Positions 43,908-56,840 of a stretch of DNA of 64,000 nt are shown one piece after another. Position numbers and translations under genes: made by a program. Under the pieces are notes generated by a model. It made no database searches, was not told the DNA's origin, and saw only the letters and a list, made by a program, of their open reading frames with translations. The stretch is from Microthyrium microscopicum (Eukaryota): assembly GCA_010405405.1 (NCBI GenBank), contig MU004242.1, forward strand, positions 593,751 to 657,750, in the 5' to 3' direction. The first letter of the stretch is position 1, and each line of letters starts with the position of its first letter.

Positions 43908-46881
43908 CTAAACTTTTGAAGCATCTGGGATCTTACCCTCAACAACGTTCAGCGCACCCAAGTTACCTTGATCCTTCGCATTCCCATTCAACAAACCCAG
44001 CACGCTGATGACATCCGAGGGCTCCAGCAGATGCCAGCTAGCCAACGTCTGCTTACTGCTCGCGCCCACCGTGACACTGAATATGTAGTCAGCCGGTAGT
44101 TTACTTTGTCTTAGGCTGCGGAACATGTCCTCGTCGGTGAAATCATCGCCCAGACATAACACAAAGCCCAATTCACAGTCAGCGATCGGCGAAGCAACAC
44201 CGTTGCTGGAAGTAAAATATTGGTTGACGAGACGTTTGGCGATTTCACCCTTGTTGACGAAACGGGGGCGGACTTCGAGGTTGGCTTTGCCGGTCATGAC
44301 TTCCACATCCCAATTGCGGGCGACTTTGTCTTCGAGTTCACGCTGGCATTTGCGGGCGTGGTATTCGCCGAGGACGGGGTCGGCGCCGCGGTAGTGCCAG
44401 GTGAGAGCTACTTTTTTGATCTCAAGTGCCGAGCCTATTGGAATATACATTAGGGGTAGCTATGAGGAGTGAGCAAAGGAAACTCACCTAAAGTACGCTC
44501 GGTATAGGACTCGAAGATTTCTTTCACCTCATTGCGCCAAGTCATGTCCATACCGCCTGCAACGTTTTCCCACTTGTCAGAGCGGGGAGATCGTAGGAAG
44601 CTACCATGTTCAGCACTGAGTCCGAGGTTTGATAGATGACCCATCCATTCGTCCAAGAAGGCTTGGTCACGTCCGCTGATGATCCAGACTTCGTTGTTGG
44701 GATCCTCGGCGAGCTGCTTTAGGTTTCTAAGCACTCGATCAGACGGTGTGGCCAGCATGGGATCCTTGACGATAGGAGTAAGAGTTCCATCATAGTCAAA
44801 CATGAATAGCCGCTTCTTGCTGGATCGATAAGTTTCGAGGAGGCGAGTACGGTCAAGAAGTGGAGTTGCGAACGATTGATCAAAAGAAGACAGGTTAGTG
44901 AGAAGGCGGCCGAGGAACTTGGATGTCCATGCTTGGGTATCATTGCTGAAGACGTGGTTGTAGAGCTTCTCGTGTTGTTGGCGGCGTATTTCTTTGGGCG
45001 TTGTCAAAGCCGATTTAATAGCATCAGCAACACCGTTGCTATCCCAAGGATTGACATGTATGGCATGTGCGAGAGATCCAGCTGTACCGGAGAACTCAGA
45101 GAGGATAAGTGGTCCATGATTGTCCTTTTGACAAATCACATACTCCAGGCTGGTGGTATTCATACCGTCTCTCACGCTAGTGATCAATCCAAGGTCCGCA
45201 ATGCGGAGCAGAGCGAGATACTCGTCGCGATCGAGATATTGAGGAAAGTGCTGAACCGGACTTGAGCTCATTGAACCATACTTGCCGTTGATTCGGGAAA
45301 CAAGATTGGCAATCTTATTGACATATTTCTTGTCAGCCTTTTCCTGGTCTGGGTTACGCTCACTGGCGCTGGTGATTTGGATGAGGACGACCTTGTCGCG
45401 CCATTGCTCGTTTGCTTCCAAAAACTTTTCAAAGGCCTGTAATTTTTGTGCAACACCTCGGACAGTATCCAAACGATCTCTTCCAATGATGACCTTCTTT
45501 CCTGCGTAAATTTGACGAATGCGTTGAAGCTTGTCCTCAACGGACGGGTTATCAAAAGCAGCTTGTCGTATTGCTGCTGCGTTGATGCCGATCGGGAAGA
45601 CATCCACAGCAACGTGAGCTCCATAGGCATCCACGCCAGCTGAAGAAGAGTCGAATCCCAAAATTCGAGTGCAACAAGACGAGAAATGACGAGAGTAACT
45701 GTATGACTGGAAGCCGACCATGTTGGCTCCTAGAACTCCTTCGAGTAATTCTTTCCGCTGACTTAAGCAACGATATAGTTCACTGCTAGGGAACGGTATG
45801 TGCAAGAAAAATCCAACATAGATGCTGGGGATTTTTTGACGTAGCAAGCTCGGTAACAAAAGCAATTGATGATCGTGAACAACCACAATATCTCCTGGCT
45901 TGTAAATATCCAGGATACGATCTGCGAATAACCGGTTCATTTTGTAGTAGTCAGCCCAGGCTTTGCGAGCAGACCTACCGTCACCGGGTTCGTTCTGTAT
46001 ATAATGGAACAGATTGTAGAGTTCGTGCTGGGAGTATCGAGTCCAGCGTCGCTGATCTTTGAGAACATAGTTCTTAGTTTGGTCCTCTTCCTTATCAGCT
46101 AGCCAAACTGGAACATACTTTCCATTTGCATGCTTTTCAAGCATTCTTTCAAGACTTGCTCTGTTAGAGGCTGGAATTTGTACTTCGGCCGTGTCGAATG
46201 CTTCCTGCTTTTGCTTGGGGTCAACGGGGACTGGTGCAGCAGCTCTTAATCGAGCTCGCTGTGCATCGTTCAGTGTAGCAGCACCAAGACCTCGTCGATT
46301 TTTTGTCACTTGAGTGATTTCTCCAGTCCAGCCAATCAATGTATGATCCCATTTGGATTCAGGCGAGGAAAGATACGAAAAGGAGTCGAACAAGGCTGAA
46401 GTTCCCTTTCGTTGACCGAGTTCCTATAACTGATCAGTATGTGATCAGACTTGTGGATATATTACCATACCCATTGGTTGTCATTAATAAATTTGATGTT
46501 GAAGGGAACAACAAACGTAGCGCTGAGGATCCTACCACTCAAATTCAAATTTGGGTGAGCAGCACGAGGATCCACATTTCGGGAGGAAGTTCCTTCAGTG
46601 GAAGATTTTGACAAGCTCAGTCTCCTAAGTAGTTCTTCCGGGGACTTTGCCCCAGCAGCAACCATAGTGGGAGACACAGGTCTAGGCGTCTCCGACCCGC
46701 CGAAGTATGAGTCGGCATCATGATGAGGGCGATGGAATGGTTTGGCGAGAGGAGTGTTCTGCCGCTCAGTATATGCAGAGAAGCCGGCAGCATCGACACC
46801 TGGTGTTACTGGTGGGGGAGATTTTGTTGATATTGGGCTCTCAAGGGCAGATTTGCCACGAAAGGCGGGTGATTCGGACAT
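43908..46881 (-). CDS. TPS2: Trehalose-6-phosphate phosphatase (TPS complex subunit)
   Basis: GT20 domain (VHDHQLLLLP, GFFLHIPFPSSE, GRDRLD, RDGMNTTSLEY) plus HAD phosphatase FMFDYDGTLTPIV, SAEHG, GDDFTDEDMF; introns at about 46409-46469 and 44436-44488. Confidence 0.95.
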
Positions 46882-47848
46882 AATAGGTAGTCGCACAATG
46901 ATCGATCAGCGCTTGAAGATTGTTTGTTGAAATAGATGGCTGGCTTGACTGGCCACAAAATGGTGCACTGAAGGGCGAGTATGAGGACAAGAGAACCCCA
47001 AGCTTAAGTCTGTTGTGAGGGGCAGGGCGTCAGTAAAACAAGCTCGTGAAAGGGACAATTGAATATTCAGACTAGTAAAATGGCCATTGATCTAGTGTGA
47101 CCTATATCATAGTGATATGGCCTTATCTCTAAGTTGAGAATTGTTTGAGGTCGTGGCAGAAAGCAAGAAGGTTGAGCAAGCAAGAGTGACTTACGATCAA
47201 TGAGGCTGACGAGTAACAATAGCTACCTAGCCATGAGGGAAAGATTTGTGATTTTGCTAAGGTTGGAAGTAAGATAGGAGTATTGTAGATCAGCAAAACC
47301 AAGGATGCAGATGTAGAAGTTTAAGACTTTGGGATTGACCGCGAATTCCCTGCTTTCCTGCCCTGGCAGCTCGGGGGAGTGCGGTCTAGAGTCGACGAGG
47401 TCGGACGATGAGAGAGCTCTTCAATGGAGTGACGTATGAAAGGCGGGTTTGGCGCGGGGGAGAGAGCGTGGACGGGGAGCTAGACGCGTGCCTGAAAATC
47501 AGTAGCCTCTTTTCACTTTACCAGCGCTGTAAATGCTTGACAAAGGGCTGAATATGCAGTGGTTTTGATATCAAATATCAAGATTTTGGGGCTCAAGAAT
47601 CAATTGATCGATATATTACCCGTATTGTAACTCCATCGCAGCTTCCAATCGTTTCTTCGTTTTGAGTAGATCGTAACTGCTGGATTTAGATTTACAAATG
47701 CAAAATTGGCAACTGCAAACCTTGAACAAGGAAGTCGCGATTGAAATGCAAGCAATTGCACCCTGTGACCCCTGTTGCATCTTGATGTGCTTGCTCGTCT
47801 CCACGCGCATAATAACTGCGAACTCTTTCCCTCCAGTACATGTATCAA

Positions 47849-50800
47849 GGCGATTGTTAAGTGGCCTCAGCTAATTCTGAGGTGGCCCTAGAAGGATCTT
47901 AGGTAGCCTCAGCCGCCGTTATCCAATAGATCTAAACCCAAATAGGAAATCAACTATAGATCTAAGGTAGCCCTAGCGATAATTAAATATTGCTCAAAAA
48001 TTAGGTTATTATATTATGTTAACGCCTAAAGGGCGCACGCAGAATATTAACTCTAAAAATACTTATTTTATACCCAAATTAGGCCCCTAAAGAGATCTAA
48101 AGCTACTAGCTACTACTAAAGATAACATGCGTATTCTATAGCTAATTTATATATAATCTTTACGCAAATTCTTAGTATTAAACTATCTTTAAGCACATCT
48201 ACCTAGATGCTATTAAATAGGCCTTTTTCCTCTCTTATTTAAGCCTCTAGTTAGTTAAACTAGCGCGCAAGTAGTAGTAGCAATAGTAACTTCTTCGTAC
48301 GTTATTATCTCAATAGTAGTAGTAGCTATTAAAGTAGTAATTTAGGCCTCCATAGCTATAACTTTAGCTCTAGCAAGACGTTCTTTAAGATTAGCTTAAT
48401 AGCGTTCTCGCTTAGCCTAATAGCGTTCTAGCTCTTTAATCCACATAGCCTAATAGTCTACTTCAATCTAAAGCACCTTCTTTAATAGAGCTATAGTACG
48501 TTTACTTAATACTCATTTAGGTAAAGGTCAAATAAGAAGAATAATATTTTAGCGTTAGCGTTTAGCTAGAGAAGGTCATAGGCTTAAATCTAGCTAAAGT
48601 TATAAAGAAAGGCCTAATTCTACTATAAGATCTATTACTTCTATAGCTTCTAGTAGTAGCTAGCATTCTATAACGCGAGTCTATGTAAGTTTAGTATCTA
48701 AATCTTTAATATTAATAAATTCTTAAGACGCCATAGCCACTATAGCCGCTATATTAACCATCACTAGCAATAGAATAGGCTAAAGCTTAGTATAAGATAG
48801 TATTTAACCTATTAAAGCCTATAGGCGTTAATTAGGCTAAACGCTAGGCTAAGATCCTTAAGAACGTCTACTACTATAAACAACATCTAGAGGCTAAATT
48901 CCTAGCGTAGCTTTAGGCAGTAGATCTCAACTAATAGGATATTATAAAAGACGATTTAACCCTCTACTAAACTTAAATTAATTATAAAACTAGTAAGGAT
49001 CAATGTTAGCCTTATTAAGAACCTAATAGGAGTCTTTAATAAGCTTTAGCCTAATAATATAACTACACAATAACCCTATAGTAGTAATAAAGGTTAAAGA
49101 GCACTTTATACGTTCAACTCATCTAGATTCCTTATTTTTATACTTAAGATATTACTTCTTTATTAAATCTAGAGCGTGATTACTAACAAAGTAGTAAAAT
49201 ATTCTTAATATAATAGGAAGATACCATAATAGTAGATCATATAGCGCGTATTTAGCCTTATAGCCTATAGTATCTTTTAGTTATTTATATTAAGCCTTAA
49301 TAGCGTCCTCTAGAGCATCTAGGATAAAGAAAAGATTATTATTCTTTTAAATCTATTCTTTAATAGCATTATGCAATCCTTCTAGTAAAGAAGTTATTTT
49401 TATACCTAAATAGCAGACTCTAGAGATATAGGCGTTATAAAGTTAATATTTCTATAATATCTAAGTCTTCTTAAGATATAATATAAAGCAGAGACCTTTA
49501 CTATCTACTTTTAATATAGTGTTAAGATATTCCTACGCAGCGTCCAATTTAGGCTCTATTAAAGCGTAAAGAACCTACAAATTTATTAGTAAATTAACTC
49601 TAACGATAGAGAAATTTTAGCTACCTTTAACTACAGCTTATAGGCTAATTCCTAAGTCTACGTAGCAATAGCCCTTCCTACAGAATCCTTAAGATACTAA
49701 AGACAATTCCAACATGTCTTAATATAAAGACGAATAGCCTTTTTATAATAGTATTAGCATATTAATTAAGGACTAGGAATTAACGTTATAAGGGCGTTCT
49801 TTAGCGCCAAGTAGTAATCTATAAGGACAACATTTAGGAGAGGAATTCCTAATCAAACCTTCTTATTAAACGCTTCTAGCGCCCACTAATATTATGCTTC
49901 ATCTTCACCTATTATATATACAAACGCCACGCTAAAGTATTTATTTATTACCATCACTACACTAATATAGAACATTAGTATCTTATATTCATTAGTTTAG
50001 TATATCAAATTAAAGAGTAAGATATTAAAATAAGTTCAATAAAGCTTAATAAACTATTTAGATACTAATAATAGGCTCACGAGCTTATTTTAGCGTACTT
50101 AGATTTTATATATAAATTTAGGGTACGTACGTAATTTAGCTACCACAACATTAATTAAGGTACGTCTAGCAAGTCAAATTATCTTATTAAGGCTTCTTAT
50201 GTTATAGATATCCTAAATAGTAATTACAAGGTTAGGATATTTATACTAAAGGATTACCATTATCTTACTTAGTAACGTCCTCTTATTTAAAGACAAAGTA
50301 GTAACTTCGTCGTAGATTCCTAGAGCTTCCTAAGCCTACGATTAAATAGTAGCGTAAGCAATATCCATTTATACTATAGAATAGTCATAATAAGTACCTT
50401 AATAATCAATAATCTATCCTAAAAGAGCTTTATTCTTGCTTTATATAATTTAATAGTTATAAAGGCAATGATCCCTTACGCTTTTAATATTACGAAAGGT
50501 ATCTCTATAGTAAGAAAGTTTGCTAGCTTTAGTATACTAAACATACACGTTATTAAGGTTTAATTTAGAGAAGGAACTACGCTTTTATTTAATACAATAT
50601 CTATAGATTTTACTATAAGCATAAATAGCGTTAAGGCCTTCCTACTAAGTAGAATAAATAACGCTAGTAAAAAGAAAGTTAGAGATGCGAGGAACGTTAA
50701 ATTAATCCATTTTAGTTAGTTCATAGTTAAGTAATTATATTATAAAGAAGTAGTAGTTATAATAGTAGTAGTAGTAATTAAGGATGTAAAGTTAGATATA

Positions 50801-50991
50801 AAGTTAGAAGTAAGGCTTAGCAGTAATCTATTTTTATTTTTCAAGATATTACTATATTAGGTTAGACTAAGGCCACTTAAGGTTAGATCGATACAGGATT
50901 GGTGGATAATCGTTTAGATAACGGCGGCTGAGGCCACCTAAGATCCTTCTAGGGCCACCTCAGAATTAGCTGAGGCCACTTAACAATCGCC
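47849..50991 (-). mobile_element. Mutator-like (MULE) DNA transposon, RIP-mutated, with 75-bp TIRs and 9-bp TSD ATGTATCAA
   Basis: TIRs 47849-47923 and 50917-50991 (GGCGATTGTTAAGTGGCCTCAGC..., one mismatch); TSD at 47840-47848 and 50992-51000; de-RIPped minus-strand transposase motif LLFDSTYQTNEYKMP at ~49975-50025; FAR1-like N-terminus after an ATG at about 50710. Confidence 0.95.
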
Positions 50992-51201
50992 ATGTATCAA
51001 CTCCACAACAACAGCCTCCTCAACCTATTCGAGAGGTCTTGAATCCATACTTCCACATCACTTGAGATCTTCACCTCAAGTCAAGCCCTGTATCAGCTAG
51101 TTACTACCTTATATCAACTTCTATCTTTGCCTGCCTGCCCGCCTGCCTACATACCCCGCCGGCATGGCACACATGTAGCTTCCCGTTAATCCTCCTCCAC
51201 C

Positions 51202-54200
51202 ATGGATACCACTATTCATAAAGCTTTAACCGATAAGCTCTACGACAAGCGCAAGGCTGGAGCTTACGAGTAAGTCTTGTTTCTTATAGTACATACATCT
51301 CCCACCACAATGTCTCTGAGCAAGCTCTTGTGGAAGCACATGCCTGAAACTGATCCAGATTCATTGGACCAGCTACTAAAAAACATCCCTAGACTCGAAA
51401 ATGTCATCCGTGAACACCTCGCAACTAGCGATTATGACAGGATCGACAAGATTGTACATCAATTATGCGGCGAATATGCATACGCTGTTCATCAACCCCA
51501 CGCTCGAAATGGAGGATTGATAGGCTTGGCCGCTGCTGCCATCGCTCTAGGACCAGTATGTTGGCTATACAACAAACAAAACCGTTGCTGATGTTGTGGC
51601 AGCATGTTGCCCGTTACTTGGAGGAGATAGTACCCCCAGTTCTGGCTTGTTTCACTGATCAAGATGCGAGAGTACGATATTATGCTTGCGAAAGCATGTA
51701 CAATATTTCAAAGGTAGCAAAAGGCGAGATACTGGTCTACTTCAATCAAGTTTTCGATGCGCTCTGCAAGGTAGGCAGTTGATTACGTTTGATTAACTCG
51801 TCTAACAGCTCTAAGCTTGCAGCGGATCCTGAACTCTCTGTCAAAAACGGCGCCGAACTCCTCGATCGCCTTATCAAAGATATTGTCTCTGAATCCGCAT
51901 CCAGCTATGTCTCAATATTGCATCACCCAAACGATACAAACAGCAAAGAAGAAGAAACAGCCCCTGATGAGTCTCCCATCGCCTTTTCACTCGCCAAATT
52001 CGTCCCTCTTCTTCAAGATCGAATAACCGTCCTCAATCCTTATACTCGCATGTTCTTAGTCTCCTGGATAACCTTGTTGGACTCTATACCGGACCTTGAG
52101 CTTGTCTCTTATCTTCCGTCATTTCTCGGCGGGCTCTTTAAATTCCTCAGCGACTCCAATCAAGATGTTCACACTGCAACACAAGTAGCTTTAGAGCGAT
52201 TTTTGGCGGAAATCAGAAAGATTGCCCGGTTAAAGCGAGGACTTGCAGAAAGCAAGAGGAGTCAAACTGGGTTTGGTACAAAACAAGTGGATTCTGATTC
52301 AGATGAAGCAAGTCCAGACTCTACTCCAGCGGGTAGCACCCATGGTAGAGATGAAACAGATGTCGAAGAAATAGATGAGGAGGCGGGCTCGGACAGCGAA
52401 GAGTCACACACGTCCGGTGATGGAGAAGAAGAGTGGGTGCCAGGTCAAGACGTTCAAGTTGATCATTCCCAAATACTAGAGATAATGGTTACTTTTCTTG
52501 GTGGTTCTTCCGGTATGTTCCTCGCTCGTTACAGTAATTCATGTCTTAACACATTGCAGAACAAGGAATACAGCTCACTGCTCTTCGATGGATCGACTCT
52601 TTTTTTGAGATTTCACCAGAAGACATCCTGTTTTTCGTCCCTCGGCTGTTGACACAGGTCTTACCAGCAATGTCAAATGAAGTGGAGCAAGTCCGAATTG
52701 CCGCTGGACGGGTCAACGAATCATTGATGAATTATATTCTTACTCTTCCTGACTCGAATCCTGTCCAAGAGCAACCATCCGCGTCACAAAGTTTGCCAGT
52801 ATTTGCCGCTCCACCACCAAATGATAGACGAGAGTCTGCACTTTCAACATTTTCAGCGAGTAGAGTACCTCGCCCAACTGCAACTGGAGGTAGAGACTCC
52901 GTAGCTGAGCTTCGAGGATCAGATCGTGCGCCTTCGACAGATCCAGGCCGTGCCACACCAGTAGAAACACACGACTTTGCCCCAGAATCCGATCGACCAG
53001 ATCTGGATTGGGAAGCAACTGTCAATGCTCTCACCCTTCAGTTCTTGAATGACCACGAAGCTACTCGAGTAGCAGCGCTTAATTGGCTGATTATGCTTCA
53101 TCGAAAGGCACCTACTGGTCGAAAACTGGAAATTAACGATGGCACTTTTCCCGCTCTGCTTAAGACCCTTTCAGATGCCTCGGAGGCTGTTGTTACCCGA
53201 GATCTTCTGCTCCTCTCTCAAATGTCGCGCAATACCGATGACCCAAAGTTTTCGACCTTTATGGTTAATCTCCTCAACCTATTTTCGACGGACCGTAAGC
53301 TTTTGGAAACTAGAGGAAATCTCATTATTCGCCAACTATGTGTATCGCTCAATCCGGAGCGCATATTCAGGACTCTGGCAGATTGTCTGGAGAAAGAAGA
53401 GGATGTTGAGTTTGCTAGCATTATGGTGCAAAATCTCAACAATAACCTTATCACTGCCCCGGAACTATCAGATCTACGAAAAAGATTACGCAATCTAGAT
53501 AGTCGGGAGGGCCAGGCTTTCTTTGTTGCTCTATTCAGATCATGGTGTCATAACGCCGTGGCGACGTTTAGTCTCTGCTTGTTGGCACAGGCATACGAAC
53601 AGGCATATGGACTGCTGCAGATTTTCGCAGAGTTAGATATGACAGTCAACATGCTAATTCAAATCGACAAACTGGTCCAACTTCTAGAATCTCCAGTCTT
53701 CACATGTAAGTCTATCCGCTAATTCACTCAGAGGCTATGCTAAAAGAAACAGATCTCCGCCTGCAACTCCTCGAACCAGAACGCTATCCTCATCTCTACA
53801 AATGTCTCTACGGCCTTCTAATGTTCCTTCCACAATCGGCTGCATTCGCCGCCCTTAAGAACCGTCTCAACTCCGTCTCCGCGATCGGTTACCTACATAT
53901 CGCTCCCCGTACCGCCACCACACCCTCCTCAACCTCCAACTTTGGTGACCGGCCCACGAGACTCAAGGCGAGGGATGATCCGGTGAGATGGTCTGATCTG
54001 CTCGACAAGTTCCGTAACACACAGGAACGTGCACGCCGTCGTCCATCATCTGCTCAAGGTATGGAGGGCGATACTATGCCAGCACCACCTGTACCTGAAA
54101 AGGAGGTGGGCAAGAATCCGGGCATGTTGCTGTTGGAGCGTAGTAGTGGACCAGCAGGCACGCAGAGTCAGCCGAATTTGACAGGGCTGAGTAGACCGGG

Positions 54201-54294
54201 GGCAGCTTCACGGCCGCAGCCACAGCAAAAGGATAGGATCCGTTCTAGTTTGGGGCTTGGGCGGTTTGGAAGTGGAAGGAAGGCGAAGAAGTGA
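51202..54294 (+). CDS. VAC14: Vac14, scaffold of the Fab1/PIKfyve PI(3,5)P2 complex
   Basis: MDTTIHKALTDKLYDKRKAGA; HARNGGLIGLAA; DQDARVRYYACESMYNI; LLETRGNLIIRQLC; FRSWCHNAVATFSLCLLAQAYEQA; QIDKLVQLLESPVFT; LRLQLLEP..YP.LYKCLYGLLM.LPQS; several short introns. Confidence 0.96.
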
Positions 54295-55020
54295 TGTATG
54301 AAAGGTAGTGAACACAAATACCCATATTATAGTCATGATTGTGACGTGGATGTATTCTTTTGGCATATGATATCACGCAATGAATAACTATCCTAATCAG
54401 AGAGCTAGTTGAGCATCGGACTGCTTGTTCAACGCGAGTTTGATAAGTGATAACTTTTCGGCGAGCCTTTGTATTATATCGAGTTCTCAGACCATTCATC
54501 CTCATGAGTATTCAGCACCCAGTTACAAATCAGTTGCATCCGTAACTGCGAATCTATACAGGTGCTTGTGCGATACGAATACGTCCTATGTCGATCGTTG
54601 AATATCTGACTACACCTAGATGTAGAATGTGGTTGCGCAAACACCCCCAATATATTATTTTCATAGATATCAACCAATCATAACTCCTTAAGCATAGAGA
54701 TTTAGAATTTAGGACCTAAGATAGAATGAAAGTAATAAGAAACATATAGGAGGGTGTCTTTTTTGGCAACCACATTCTACATCTGGGTGTAGCCAGTCAG
54801 AGGCTCTCACGTTTAGCCAAATAACTGAAATGTATCTACGAGACTACTCACAAGTCCTCTAAAATAGAGTCACGGCGTCCCGTCGATCCAGAAGACCTGC
54901 TCACACTACGCCGGTCATGATACAGATCTTGGGCGGAGCCACCATGAGGTTAGAATCAACCAAGAAACTGCAGACTGTAAAAGTGCATCATACCCAAAAA
55001 GACCTACATTACAACCAATG

Positions 55021-55615
55021 CCAGTTGTGTAGACTATGCGGTTCCTGTTTCTACCAAAGGATTTCAATGGACTGCCTCTAAGTGGGCTGACGACTTTGCT
55101 TTAAAGGACTGTTTCGACATCCCCAAGTTGATCGACTGCAAACTTCTCTGCTCCGATCCCTGGTCCTGTCTCCCTAGAAGCCAACTACACTATATCAGCA
55201 ACATTTTGTACCCCAACATCGAGAAACAACAACTCCAACACGCTCACTATAAGACTGAACTATTCATAGGTATTGGAACTCTGCGTTTCAGGGTGAAATT
55301 TACAGCTTTGCCCAATTTGCGATTTCGAAAGGCTACTCCGTCTTCTTCCATGATCGAGCTTGTGAGCTGGAACTGGAACGTCAACCAAGTATGTTCATAT
55401 ATTCTACCAGGAACTGAGCTGACATGACTCTAGATTCTCTGTCCTGGGGCTCTAAATGAGCCTTTGTGAAGGCTACTGTCCTGGTGCTCTAAATGAGCCA
55501 ATCAGGGCGTACTTCAATAGCTCCCAAGCACTGAAGATTGATATCCTGCCAAATACTGGCCTTGGCCCTAACTTTCAAAGGAACGTACTCACAGGATGTA
55601 AGTTGGGCCTAAAAG
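55021..55615 (+). pseudogene. Degenerate remnant of a secreted fungal alpha/beta hydrolase
   Basis: Fragments in several frames: CVDYAVPV, EANYTISATFCTP, YWNSAF..IYSFAQFAISKGYSVFFHDR.GTGTS, CEGYCPGALNEP...YF, ILPNTGLGPNF; central catalytic region missing; frameshifts; boundaries approximate. Confidence 0.6.
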
Positions 55616-56493
55616 GTCAGAAATAATGTCAATTTGACTAATCTACTAACGCGTTCCTCCTAGATGGAATGACAACTAAATTGTTAAAGGACAAGGACTT
55701 TGCATTTTATAAATTATCAAGGCTGTGCTTCGATGAGTCATTAGAGCTGTCTTATCAAATCTTAGTAAATACGTTATCTTTAGTGAGACCGCAAACCGCT
55801 TTACAGAACTTGGAGCTGTATTAGTTGACCATTGCTTGGTAGCGGGTCCAATGTGGTTCGGGGGTTCCGATTGGATCGGTGGCATCTCATCGTAAAGAGG
55901 CTAGATTAGTCCAATCATTACTAGGCGCCGTTACCTCGTGCACCTCTGCCCATAACAGAAGCATCGGGGAGCCTCAATAAGTCATCGGTTACCATCAACT
56001 TATGCTGCAGAATCATAAAAGTTTCGGATTCCCTAATTCGTGAGTCAAACAACTAATTCCGAGCTTCCTAAGATAACTAAAACGAAACTAAAGCTGTAAA
56101 AGCCGCCGGTAGTGGCCAAGAACGGCCCGGGTAGCCAGTATCAGGCTGTGGGCTTTTGGCTTTGGATTTCTGGAACCAAGCTTTCACCATCTAAACACCC
56201 TGAATTGTGATGCAGAAATTGCTCAGCTGTTGTGAGGCGCTTGAATCCATGTGACCTAACAGCATCAACTCGACCTGCCTACCTGACATGGATATTTTCA
56301 TAGTCTTTGCATCATTGCGAGTGGCTAATCTGGCTTCATATACTTCCTGCTTCCCCTCTGAAGATCATCATTATGCTCTATATCACGATGGTCAAATCGA
56401 GCCTCTATTTATAATTATGTATGTGAATAAAGTTGTCGAATGGTTTTCTTGATAATTGTCCTAGGTAATTCTAAGGTCTGAAAAGGGAGGCTG

Positions 56494-56651
56494 CTTGAGG
56501 ACAAGATAAGAGAACCCTTTCGAAACGATAAATCTCCCAAACGAATGACTGTTAGAGTTCCAATCAGTGGGGAAAAGCTGACATCATTTTATCAACTACA
56601 TGGTATCCCAAAATGAAACTGTCAATCCTTAAGAAGTATTATGGCAGCCAT
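56494..56651. mobile_element. Degenerate third copy of the MITE family
   Basis: CTTGAGGACAAGATAAGAGAACCCTTTCGA resembles the left arm (GAGGGACAAAATAAGTGAGCCTTTTCGA); TTAAGAAGTATTATGGCAGCCAT (56629-56651) matches the inner right arm. Confidence 0.5.
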
Positions 56652-56840
56652 GACAACTCGGAACACCTTGTTGTTACACTTGCAATCCAAATCATAAAGT
56701 TGGCCTAATACAGCGCACCATAAAGGGCAAACGGTCAAGAGTGTACCGTGCCAAAGCTTGAAACAACATGTCAACGGTTCACACTTGACCTCGAATTCCC
56801 TACCAGTCGAAAGATGCAGAAAAACATGGTGACTTAAATT

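Noticed and set aside
47010..47480. STRE (AGGGG at 47018), CRE-like TGACGTA (~47430) and CreA-like GCGGGG (~47454) upstream of TPS2
   Set aside because: Plausible for a trehalose gene but too short to tell from chance without conservation data
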